Shown here in pieces: positions 46,405 to 55,091 of a DNA stretch of 64,000 nt. The stretch spans positions 84,405-148,404 of the forward strand of contig CAXNMF010000007.1 of assembly GCA_964203275.1 (NCBI GenBank), given 5' to 3'. This DNA is from Burkholderiales bacterium. GTDB taxonomy: Bacteria > Pseudomonadota > Gammaproteobacteria > Burkholderiales > SG8-41. The translations under genes were made by a program, and so were the position numbers. The notes beneath the pieces were generated by a model, which saw only the letters and a list, made by a program, of their open reading frames with translations, was not told the DNA's origin and made no database searches. The first letter of the stretch is position 1; each line of letters begins with the position of its first letter.

Positions 46405-46442
46405 TCCATAACTAATTGTTTTTATTGTATATTTTATGAATT
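46405..46442. repeat. AT-rich intergenic repeat, copy C
   Basis: CCATAACTAATTGTTTTTATTGTATATTTTATGAATTC, located 45 bp beyond the stop of the SOUL-like gene. Confidence 0.85.
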
Positions 46443-46484
46443 CCGGATTTCCGGCAACTGCGAAGGCTCAGACCCCCACCAATG

Positions 46485-47174
46485 TCAGGGCGTCACCAGT
46501 TCTACCATGACTTCATTGCGCCGGAAAAACGGCAAGGTCCAGGGCGGGTTGTAACGGGCGAGTTGCACAGCACCCCGCGACTTCAAGCCACGCTGCTGGA
46601 TCCACGCCAGCAATTCATCCGACTTAGCCTGCACCTTCTCCGCACCGGCAAATCCGGAAAACACCAGCACCGCGAAACGCTGGCCCGGCACCGCGCGAAG
46701 CTTCACGGCAGGATTCACCGGCTTCGGCAAGGTCGCCAGCGAATACTGGCTCGGCATCACAAAATGGATGCGCCAGCGCGTTGCATTCATCCCCGTAGAC
46801 TGCGGTTCCGCCAATACCGGAACGGTCATCGCGATTTTTTCCGAAACCGGCTCTGCGGCCACCGGCGCCGTCATCGCAATTTTTTCATTCTTGTTGTCGC
46901 CAGGCTTGCCGCCAGCCGCAAGATTGTTGCCGAAAATATAATCGGCGATCAGCCGGAAGCCGGCATTCGATGCCGCATCCAGATCGCCTTCAACAAAAGT
47001 CTCGGCAACAATAAAAGCACGGTATTGGCGGATCTCGTACGGCTCGGCCTTCTCGATCAGTTCAAACGCCGGTTCTTCGATAGCCATGGCTGCTCCGCTG
47101 TTGAATGTCACTACACAAGCCGAGAGCACTGCGAGCCCCCGGACCCATACGGAACCGTCATGAAAGATCGTCAT
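46485..47174 (-). CDS. SOUL heme-binding-family protein, exported
   Basis: Start at MTIFHDG, which overlaps the upstream stop (TGATG). Contains EEPAFELIEKAEPYEIRQY...MTAPV...MTVPV repeats typical of SOUL/HBP. Confidence 0.8.
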   Translation of the reverse strand: MTIFHDGSVWVRGLAVLSACVVTFNSGAAMAIEEPAFELIEKAEPYEIRQYRAFIVAETFVEGDLDAASNAGFRLIADYIFGNNLAAGGKPGDNKNEKIAMTAPVAAEPVSEKIAMTVPVLAEPQSTGMNATRWRIHFVMPSQYSLATLPKPVNPAVKLRAVPGQRFAVLVFSGFAGAEKVQAKSDELLAWIQQRGLKSRGAVQLARYNPPWTLPFFRRNEVMVELVTP

Positions 47175-48145
47175 CAATTCGCCTTCGCGCCGGATGCTGC
47201 AACCACCCGGGTCCATTTTTCGATATCACGTTTGATTACCGCAGTAAATTCATCAGGTGTACCACCGATGACATCACCGCCCTCAGCCGCAATGCGTTTC
47301 TTCATCTCGGCACTGCGCAGCCCCTTGACCAGTTCGACGTTGAGCCGCGCGATGATGTCTCCCGGGGTACCTGCAGGCGCGAGCAGGCCATACCACGTGC
47401 CCGCGTCGTAGCCGTGCAGGCCGGCTTCAGCGATGGTCGGGATGTCGGGCACCGCCGAAGAACGGGTCGCGGTGCTGACGCCCAGCGCCTTCAGCTTTCC
47501 GCTGCGCACATGCGGCAGCGCTGGAGGCAAGTTGAGAATCGCCAGCGAAATTTCACCGGTCATCACGCCGATCACTGCCGCCGGCGCCCCCTTGAACGGC
47601 ACATGCACCATATTCACTTTCGCGAGGACGCGGAAAAGCTCGCCCGAGAGATGTGCGGTGCTGCCGTTGCCGCCTGAACCGAAGGTCAGCTCGCCCGGCT
47701 TCGCCTCGGCCAGTGCCACCAGATCCTTCACCGATTTGACAGGCAGCGACGGATGCACGATCAGAATGTTCGGCGCCGTCGATACCAGCGAAACCGGTGA
47801 GAAGTCCTTCACCGCGTCATAAGGCAGTTTCGGATACAGCGCGCTGTTCACCGAGTGCGAGCCGGCGCTGCCCATGATCAACGTATAGCCATCGGGCGGT
47901 GATTTGGCCACGATCTCGGCGCCAAGACTGCCCCCGGCGCCGGGACGCGGATCCGTCACCACGGGTTTACCCAGCGATTCGGTCAGTTTCTGCGCCACTA
48001 CGCGCGCAATCAGATCCGGGCCGCTGCCCGGGGCCGATGGCACGACCATGCGGATCGGCTTGGTCGGATAGGGCTGTGCGCAAACTGGCGCAGCGAAAAC
48101 CAGCGCAGCCAGAATTCCCCCGCGCCATTCCTGGCGATCTTTCAT
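47174..48145 (-). CDS. Bug/TctC-family substrate-binding protein
   Basis: YPTKPIRMVVPSAPGSGPDLIAR and HVPFKGAPA. Confidence 0.9.
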   Translation of the reverse strand: MKDRQEWRGGILAALVFAAPVCAQPYPTKPIRMVVPSAPGSGPDLIARVVAQKLTESLGKPVVTDPRPGAGGSLGAEIVAKSPPDGYTLIMGSAGSHSVNSALYPKLPYDAVKDFSPVSLVSTAPNILIVHPSLPVKSVKDLVALAEAKPGELTFGSGGNGSTAHLSGELFRVLAKVNMVHVPFKGAPAAVIGVMTGEISLAILNLPPALPHVRSGKLKALGVSTATRSSAVPDIPTIAEAGLHGYDAGTWYGLLAPAGTPGDIIARLNVELVKGLRSAEMKKRIAAEGGDVIGGTPDEFTAVIKRDIEKWTRVVAASGAKAN

Positions 48146-48222
48146 GCCGTTAATCCTTTCATCCTGTTCATCCTATCCGTCCGGTCCATCCTGTTAATTC
48201 AACCAAGCCGGATGATCACAGC

Positions 48223-49392
48223 TCAACCCAGACGCTCATCCAGATTGGCATTTGCCGGCAACCGGCGATAAGGATGCGCGCGCAGCACCGCATCATCCAG
48301 TTCAATGCCGATTCCAGGTACATCGGGCAACTCAAAGCAACCGTTCACCAGCTTCGGTTTGTATCCACCTGCCACGTCATAAAACAGCGGGCTCTCCGCC
48401 AGTTGATGCTCCAGCACCAGAAACGCCGGCGCCACCGCGCAGATCTGCATGCTCGCCAGATTGCACACCGGCCCCGTCGGGTTATGCGGTGCAAAATGCA
48501 CACCGCGCTCCGCACAACGTGCCGCTATTCGCAGCATCTCGCCGTAACCGCCGGCGTATTTGACGTCCGGCATCACGACATCGAGCAAACCGTCATCGAC
48601 AAACGGCGAAAATCCGCCCAGGCCGATCTGCCGTTCCGCACCCGCCAGTTTCATATCACCCGCCCGTGCGCCGGCGTGAATCCGCTGCAACATCGCAAAG
48701 CTATCCGGATTCTCCGAAACCGGACATTCGATCCAGTACAGACGAACCGACCCCAACTCGTGTAGCAAACGCTGAGCGCCGCGCTCATCAAAGCGCCAAT
48801 GGCAATCCACCATGATGTCGATATCGGGGCCCACGGCTTCACGTATCGCGCGCACGCGCGCAATTCCCGCCTGCGTGCGCCGCAGTTTTTCCGGCTCGTT
48901 GCTGTCACCCCAGTACACCCCGTCAAAAGGCGCAATCTTCAAGGCACCGTAGCCCTGCTCGACCGCATGGCGCGCGGCACGTGCAATGCCTTCCGGCGAA
49001 CGGTCCCGCGCACCGCGATTGATATTGGCGTAGACACGTACCGCTTTGCGCGCTTTGACACCGTCCGCACCGATTAGTTGATTCACCGGAACACCGGCCG
49101 CCTTCGCCCGCAGATCGGTTACCGCCTGCTCGGTTGCGCTGATGATGGAACTAGCAATCAGGCCGCCGGGCGAATGCGCATATACCTTCAACTGCGGCAG
49201 CAACTCCTCAACCGTACTGCCGATCCAGTCCTGGCGCACATCTTCCGTAAATGCCACCTGCGCAGGCTCGTAACCATTGAGCGAGGCCTCACCAATACCG
49301 GTGAGGCCGTTCTCCGCGGTCACACGGACAAAAAACCAGTTGGTTTTTTCAGAAACATTGAATACCAGCGGTTCAATCGCCGCAATTCTCAT
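48223..49392 (-). CDS. Enolase-superfamily enzyme (mandelate racemase / muconate lactonizing, acid-sugar dehydratase-like)
   Basis: Start at MRIAAIEP. Contains ALKIAPFD, IMVDCHWRFD, WIECP and HNPTGPV blocks. Confidence 0.85.
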   Translation of the reverse strand: MRIAAIEPLVFNVSEKTNWFFVRVTAENGLTGIGEASLNGYEPAQVAFTEDVRQDWIGSTVEELLPQLKVYAHSPGGLIASSIISATEQAVTDLRAKAAGVPVNQLIGADGVKARKAVRVYANINRGARDRSPEGIARAARHAVEQGYGALKIAPFDGVYWGDSNEPEKLRRTQAGIARVRAIREAVGPDIDIMVDCHWRFDERGAQRLLHELGSVRLYWIECPVSENPDSFAMLQRIHAGARAGDMKLAGAERQIGLGGFSPFVDDGLLDVVMPDVKYAGGYGEMLRIAARCAERGVHFAPHNPTGPVCNLASMQICAVAPAFLVLEHQLAESPLFYDVAGGYKPKLVNGCFELPDVPGIGIELDDAVLRAHPYRRLPANANLDERLG

Positions 49393-49610
49393 ACCCACCC
49401 CTGTTTCCACACCGCGTCATCCAGCAATTCACGCCAATGGATACGACGCACCTTTTTGGAGTAAACCGCCTCGATCTCAACCCACTGCACCGGGGTTTCC
49501 GGCGGCTCCGGTTCAACCACCTTGGTTACCAGAAAATGTTTTTGCCGCGCGACAGGTTTCACTGCTGTCCATTTTGACAACAGGAGTTTTTTCGGATGCA
49601 GAACCGTCAT
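49389..49610 (-). CDS. Small Trp-rich conserved hypothetical protein (TIGR02450-like)
   Basis: MTVLHPKKLLLSKWTAV...HFLVTKV...WVEIEAVYSKK..IHWRELLDDAVWKQGW. ATGA overlaps occur at both ends. The family call comes from memory. Confidence 0.6.
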   Translation of the reverse strand: MTVLHPKKLLLSKWTAVKPVARQKHFLVTKVVEPEPPETPVQWVEIEAVYSKKVRRIHWRELLDDAVWKQGWV

Positions 49611-50197
49611 GCCCGAACGAATGGCGGCACGCCGATCAACCACAGATGCAGGCCCGCCACAAACACCCCCCAGAGAATCAGGCCACCGAGCAGGGTCAAT
49701 CCCGTGCCCAGCATGCCGCCCGCGGGATAGACCGTTCCCAGCCTGCGGTCACGTTTGCGCGCAGCGATGAAGTCCACCACCGCCCACGCCAGGAATGCGC
49801 CAAACAACACCACGTCCGACAAGCGGCCGTTGGCCAGCAGATGGGAAAAGGCCCAGACCTTCACGCCGATGATCATCGGATGACCCAGCCTGGCCTTGAT
49901 GTGATTGCGCGGCACGTAGGCTGCCGCCAGCAGCACCAGCGAGACCAGCATCAGCAGGCCGGCGATGTGACGGGTGAAAACGGGCGGATCGTAAAGAACC
50001 ACCCCCATTTGCCGCGCCTCGCCGTAGCCCCAGACCAGCAGCACAAAACCCGCGATCGACAACAGCGAATAAACGCCTTTCCATGGGTTCTCACCCATGC
50101 GCGCAATTGTGCGCGTGCGCCAGTCGTCTGCCACGATGCGCACCGAATGCACACCCAGAAAAATGATCAGTCCCGCAATCAGGTAAATCATGGTCAC
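49607..50197 (-). CDS. NnrU-family membrane protein
   Basis: 196 aa with 5 hydrophobic helices and FLGVHSVRIV...NPWKGVYSL...GHPMIIGVKVWAFSHLLANG. Confidence 0.8.
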   Translation of the reverse strand: MTMIYLIAGLIIFLGVHSVRIVADDWRTRTIARMGENPWKGVYSLLSIAGFVLLVWGYGEARQMGVVLYDPPVFTRHIAGLLMLVSLVLLAAAYVPRNHIKARLGHPMIIGVKVWAFSHLLANGRLSDVVLFGAFLAWAVVDFIAARKRDRRLGTVYPAGGMLGTGLTLLGGLILWGVFVAGLHLWLIGVPPFVRA

Positions 50198-50350
50198 CCC
50201 CGGAAAATGTGGCTCATTAAATCACGATTCAGTGAACGCGGCGCCCGCACCCTGTTCGCAGACCCGCGGCAGCAGGGTAAGATAAACGCCACCCCATCAC
50301 GAACGGGCAGCCGGCTCCGGTCATGCGGCCCCGATCAACGGAGATCGTCC

Positions 50351-51553
50351 ATGAACCAGCCCACCCCGCAGTTCGACCCGATTGCCGACGCACGCGGACA
50401 ATTCCCCGGTACCGAGCGCTGGACTTATTTTGATGTCGGCGGGCGTGGGCTGCTGTCGAAGGAGGTCCGCGCCGCCATCGACGCCCAGCTCGATGACCAC
50501 ATGTTCAACGGCGGCAACAAGGACTTCATGTTCCAGCGCACGCGCGAAACGCGCGAACTGTTCGCCAGACTGATCCACGCCGCGCCGGAAGACATCGCCT
50601 ATACCAAGAACATTTCAGACGGCCTCAACATGGTGGCGGCCGCCTTTGACTGGAAACCCGGCGACAATGTCATTGTCTGCGCCGATCTCGAACACCCGAA
50701 CAACCTCTACCCCTGGCTGAACCAGCAGCGGCGCGGCCTCAGCGTCAATCTGGTCAAACATCGCGACGGACACATGCCGGTCGACGAGATGATCGCCGCG
50801 ATCGACGACAAGACCCGCGTACTCACCGCCTCGACCGTCACTTTCTCACCGGGATTCCGCACCGATATCGACCGGCTCGGCCGCGCCTGCCGTGAACGCG
50901 GCGTGCTCTTCCTCGTGGATGCAGCGCAGTCCGCCGGCATTGTCGACATTGACGTTGTCCAATCGCAGGTCGATGCGCTGTCCGTGTCCACCCAGAAAGG
51001 CCTGCTCGGTCTTTACGGCATGGGATTCCTCTATCTGCGCCGCGAATGGGCCGAACGCATGCATCCTGCCTACCTCGCGCGCTTCGGCGTCGATCTTGGC
51101 GACGCCCACGAGTCCGAGGGCGGCGGCACGCAATACGCGCTGCTGCCCGGCGCGCACCGTTTCGACCTCGGCAATTACAACTACGTCGCGATTGTCGCAG
51201 CCCACGCATCGCTCAATCACCTGCTGCGCCTGGGCGTACACAATATCGAAGCGCACACCACACGACTCGGACACGCGTTATCGCGGGGGCTTCTTGAAAT
51301 CGGACTGCCGGTATGCGGCGGCAATCCCGGCCCGCATATCGTTCACACCGTGACGGTCGGCGATTTCGGCTCCGGCAGCGATAAATACACCAGCAACGAA
51401 ACCATCAATGGACTCTATCAGCACCTCGTCGAGAACAAGGTCAAGCTGTCGATGCGCCGCGGCGTCTTGCGGTTTTCTTTGCACGTGTACAACAACCTTG
51501 CCGACGTCGAACGGGTCCTCGACCTCAGCCGCAGCTTCCTGAAACGCAAATGA
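50351..51553 (+). CDS. Class V aminotransferase-fold PLP enzyme (cysteine desulfurase / epimerase-like), paralog 1
   Basis: Start at MNQPTPQF after GGAG. Contains LVDAAQSAG and the PLP-lysine block SVSTQKGL. The 758-aa ORF in the track is a spurious 5' run-on. Confidence 0.85.
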   Translation: MNQPTPQFDPIADARGQFPGTERWTYFDVGGRGLLSKEVRAAIDAQLDDHMFNGGNKDFMFQRTRETRELFARLIHAAPEDIAYTKNISDGLNMVAAAFDWKPGDNVIVCADLEHPNNLYPWLNQQRRGLSVNLVKHRDGHMPVDEMIAAIDDKTRVLTASTVTFSPGFRTDIDRLGRACRERGVLFLVDAAQSAGIVDIDVVQSQVDALSVSTQKGLLGLYGMGFLYLRREWAERMHPAYLARFGVDLGDAHESEGGGTQYALLPGAHRFDLGNYNYVAIVAAHASLNHLLRLGVHNIEAHTTRLGHALSRGLLEIGLPVCGGNPGPHIVHTVTVGDFGSGSDKYTSNETINGLYQHLVENKVKLSMRRGVLRFSLHVYNNLADVERVLDLSRSFLKRK

Positions 51554-51565
51554 TTTAGTGCGCCC

Positions 51566-52714
51566 TCAGAGGGATGCAGCGGGCAGCGACAGGCCCGCTG
51601 CAATTTCCGCCGCATCAACCGCTTTGCCTGAACCGTCCCATACCCGCGACGGAATGCAGATCTGCCCTTCAAAGAGTTTGCGGCAGGTACGCAGCAGGCT
51701 CGCCTCATCCACCGTCACGCCATCAGGCGACTCGCGCAGCCTGACCTGAACGTCGATGACGCCGCCCGGATGCTCAATGCTGACCCGGTCCGCATCGGCA
51801 ACCGGGCCCTTCGCATAGCGGTTTGCGACCGTGCCCTCGATCCGGCTCGCCACCGACAGCGCCATCGAACCGGTTACCGAATAAGTCGCATGGCAGTTAA
51901 AGGGCACAAAGTCGCGCGATGCAATGGTGCCTGTGCCTGCAGGAGAGGCCACCAGCACCGGTTTGGGCACGACAAGCGCACTGCAATCGCCCAGCCCCAT
52001 GCGCTGACCTGCCTCCACCCGCATGCGATCCAGGCGCTGGATCAACGCAACATCCGCATCCAATTCAACTTTTGATTCATGACCCGTGCGGCCCACTGCT
52101 TCAGCCGGCACGACCACCATCGGCACTGCGACGTCGATACACGTCACCTCAACGCCATCAATCAGCTCGGATTTGTGCCCGGTCGGGAACAACTTGCCGG
52201 TCTTGCTGCCCACCGAAGCCGCGAAATTCTGTCGCACCGGCGCAGCCGTCCCCGGGACGCCGTCGATGGACGCATCACCGTCATAGGTGATGCCGCCGTC
52301 CGGCGTCTGCAGAACGACCTCAATCACGCTATCAGTGTTGATGTTGTAAATGCGCGTCGTGGTCAGCGGATTCTTTGCCGGCACCAGTCCCATCTCCAGC
52401 GCAAAGGGCCCGACCGCGCTGAGCATATTGCCGCAGTTGGACGAGTAATCAACGATGTCCGATTCCGGATTGACCTGGATGAAAAGGTAATCGATATCCG
52501 CATCCGGCCGCGCAGACTTCGCCACCACGGCAATCTTGCTGGTCAGCGTTTCAGCGCCGCCGATACCGTCGACCTGACGCTTGTGCGGAGATCCCATCGC
52601 CGCCAGCATCACACGGTCGAGCACCTCCCGCGCCGCCGGCAGATGCCGGGCAAGGATCAGCGGCCCCTTCGAGGTTCCGCCGCGATACAGGTAAGCCGGG
52701 ATGCGGGTGATCAC
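51566..52714 (-). CDS. PrpF / 4-oxalomesaconate tautomerase-family isomerase
   Basis: IPAYLYRGGTSKGPLI...NCGNMLSAVGPFA...FNCHATYSVTGS, which is characteristic of the PrpF fold family. Confidence 0.85.
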   Translation of the reverse strand: MITRIPAYLYRGGTSKGPLILARHLPAAREVLDRVMLAAMGSPHKRQVDGIGGAETLTSKIAVVAKSARPDADIDYLFIQVNPESDIVDYSSNCGNMLSAVGPFALEMGLVPAKNPLTTTRIYNINTDSVIEVVLQTPDGGITYDGDASIDGVPGTAAPVRQNFAASVGSKTGKLFPTGHKSELIDGVEVTCIDVAVPMVVVPAEAVGRTGHESKVELDADVALIQRLDRMRVEAGQRMGLGDCSALVVPKPVLVASPAGTGTIASRDFVPFNCHATYSVTGSMALSVASRIEGTVANRYAKGPVADADRVSIEHPGGVIDVQVRLRESPDGVTVDEASLLRTCRKLFEGQICIPSRVWDGSGKAVDAAEIAAGLSLPAASL

Positions 52715-52762
52715 TTCATCGAACCCATCTAGGCTTCAACACCCCCGCACGACTGCAGGCAC

Positions 52763-53734
52763 TCACAGTTTGATGTTCGCGTGCTTGATCGCGCGCGCCC
52801 ACTGGTCCACGTCATCCGAGACGAATTTGCCGAAAGACTGCGGCGTCGGGCTTGACTTGGGCTCCAGGCCTGCACCTGCGAGGCGTTTGCGCACATCGGC
52901 AAGCTGCGTCACCTTGCCGAGCTCGACATGCAGCTTATCGATCACAGCCTGCGGCGTACCGGTTGGCGCAAGAATGCCGTACCAGTTCGCGGCCACAAAA
53001 TTCGGCACGCCCGCCTCTTTCATATTGGGCAGATCAGGGAACAGCGATGAACGCTCAGGACTGGCCACGGCCAGCGCCCGCACACGGTTGCCCTGCATCA
53101 GCGGAATGATCGGAGGTGCGGTCGAAAACATCAGGTCGATCTGGCCGCTGCCAAGATCGATGGCCGCAGGTCCGCTGCCTTTGTACGGGACATGCGTAAT
53201 CTTGGTTGCAGTCTGCAGCTGGAACAATTCAAGCGCCAGATGCACGCTGCCACCGGTGCCCCCGGAACCGCCGGTCAGCGCACCCGGCTTGCTCTTTGCC
53301 ATCGTGATCAGCTCCTTCATGTTCCTCGCCGGTACCGATGGATGCACCACACAGACAATCGGCGTCACTGCCACCAGCGAGATCGGCGCAAAATCCTTGA
53401 CCGGGTGATAGCCCAGTTTGCTGTAGAGACTGATACCCGTCGAAAATCCTGTATCGGCCAGGAGCAATGTGTAGCCATCGGGATCAGTGCGCGCCGCTGC
53501 CGCCGTGCCGATATTGCCTGCAGCGCCGGCACGGTTATCGATGACGATCTGTTGACCCAGTGATTCGACCAGCTTCGCACTGATGATCCGGCCCGTCGTA
53601 TCAGAGCCGCCGCCCGGCGCCCAGGGCACGACCATGCGGATCGGTTTCTCAGGATAACCGGCAGCCATTGCCGGCAGGCCCCCGATCAGAAAAAAGAGCC
53701 CCAGAAATCCCGACCCCAACAGATTGCGCATCAT
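52763..53734 (-). CDS. Bug/TctC-family substrate-binding protein
   Basis: Start at MMRNLLGS. Contains YPEKPIRMVVPWAPGGGSDTTGR and HVPYKGSGP. Confidence 0.9.
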   Translation of the reverse strand: MMRNLLGSGFLGLFFLIGGLPAMAAGYPEKPIRMVVPWAPGGGSDTTGRIISAKLVESLGQQIVIDNRAGAAGNIGTAAAARTDPDGYTLLLADTGFSTGISLYSKLGYHPVKDFAPISLVAVTPIVCVVHPSVPARNMKELITMAKSKPGALTGGSGGTGGSVHLALELFQLQTATKITHVPYKGSGPAAIDLGSGQIDLMFSTAPPIIPLMQGNRVRALAVASPERSSLFPDLPNMKEAGVPNFVAANWYGILAPTGTPQAVIDKLHVELGKVTQLADVRKRLAGAGLEPKSSPTPQSFGKFVSDDVDQWARAIKHANIKL

Positions 53735-53855
53735 GACGTTCTCCCCGATATTAGTGAGCTGCATGTCCGAACCCGCGAAAAAATTATGACATAGAAAAAA
53801 ACCTGCCCCATACTTATTCTCATCCCTTGCAAGATGCATACCCGGAAATATCCCG

Positions 53856-55076
53856 ATGAACAACAATAATCCCGCAGAACGCCTCGCACAGGCACGCACC
53901 CTGTTTCCGGGGGTAAACGACAAGATTTATCTCGAAACCTCGGCACGTGGCCTGCTCCCGAAAGTGGCACTGGACGCCGCGATGCACTTTTATGAAGCGG
54001 CCTTACGCGGGGACGCCAAGGAAAGTGGCGCCGTTTATCTTGCCGCCGAGCGCGTCCGCGAAAAGTTCGCACGCCTGATCGGTGCCTCTGCAAACGAAGT
54101 CACCTACACGCGCAACGTCTCCGAAGGCCTGAACATGATTGTCGCGTCGCTGCCCTGGAAATCGGGTGACAACGCCATCGTCTGCCGCGACATCGAACAT
54201 CCGAACGGCGTCTACTCGCTCTACAACATGCGCGACCGCCACGGCATCGAAGTCCGCATGGTCGATGCCACGCCGGACCTTGCGATGCCGGTGGACGAGA
54301 TTGCCAAACGCATCGACGGTCGCACACGCCTGGTGATGATGTCATCGGTTACCTTCGCCACCGGCGCCCGCACCGAACTCGCACGCATGGGAAAAATCTG
54401 CCGCGAACGCAAGGTCACGCTGCTGGTCGATGGCGCGCAGTCGGTGGGTGCGCTGGAGCTTGATGTGCATGCCGCACAGGTTGATGCGCTCGCCGTCGGC
54501 GCCTCCAAGTATCTGTGCGGCCCGTATGGACTCGGCTTCCTGTTTGTACGCCGCGCCCTCGCCGAAAACCTCCGCCCGGCCTACCTCGGCCGCTTCAGCA
54601 TCAACCTCGGCAACGCCCACGAAGGCGTTCAAGGCAGCGACCAGTACCAGCTGATGCCAGGCGCGCAACGATTTGATCTTGGTAGCGCCAACTACCCTGC
54701 ATCCAACGCCATCGACGCCTCGCTCGACATCCTGCAATCGGTGGGTGTGCCGGTCATCGAAACCCAAGTCACCGCCCTTGCCAAACGTCTCGATGCGGGA
54801 TTGCGCGACCTCGGCATCCCGCTGATCAGCGGCTCGGTAGACCTGCATCGTGCGCACATCGTGGTTGCCGGCTGGAAAAATCCGCCCTCCGAAGGTGCTG
54901 CGCTGATCGCCGACCTCTCGCGGCATTTCTCAAGCCGGCAGATGCGGGTTTCGGAACGACTCGGCCGACTGCGCTTCTCCTTCCACCTCTACAACACGCC
55001 CGACGAAGTCGATGACGTGCTTGCAGCAGTGAATCAATGGCCGCGGCTTGGTGATCTGGCCGCGCTGCGCACCTGA
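53856..55076 (+). CDS. Class V aminotransferase-fold PLP enzyme, paralog 2
   Basis: Collinear with 50351-51553 (LVDGAQSVG; GASKYL PLP-lysine block; ..RLRFSFHLYNT). By eye about 35-40% identical. Confidence 0.85.
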   Translation: MNNNNPAERLAQARTLFPGVNDKIYLETSARGLLPKVALDAAMHFYEAALRGDAKESGAVYLAAERVREKFARLIGASANEVTYTRNVSEGLNMIVASLPWKSGDNAIVCRDIEHPNGVYSLYNMRDRHGIEVRMVDATPDLAMPVDEIAKRIDGRTRLVMMSSVTFATGARTELARMGKICRERKVTLLVDGAQSVGALELDVHAAQVDALAVGASKYLCGPYGLGFLFVRRALAENLRPAYLGRFSINLGNAHEGVQGSDQYQLMPGAQRFDLGSANYPASNAIDASLDILQSVGVPVIETQVTALAKRLDAGLRDLGIPLISGSVDLHRAHIVVAGWKNPPSEGAALIADLSRHFSSRQMRVSERLGRLRFSFHLYNTPDEVDDVLAAVNQWPRLGDLAALRT

Positions 55077-55091
55077 GCGACGCGCGCCGGT

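Noticed and set aside
49277-51553. A 758-aa ORF suggesting a very large aminotransferase fusion.
   Set aside because: The first ~358 residues are antisense read-through of the nnrU, Trp-rich and enolase genes, with low-complexity Q/R/H-rich sequence. The recognisable protein begins at MNQPTPQF (50351), which has its own GGAG.
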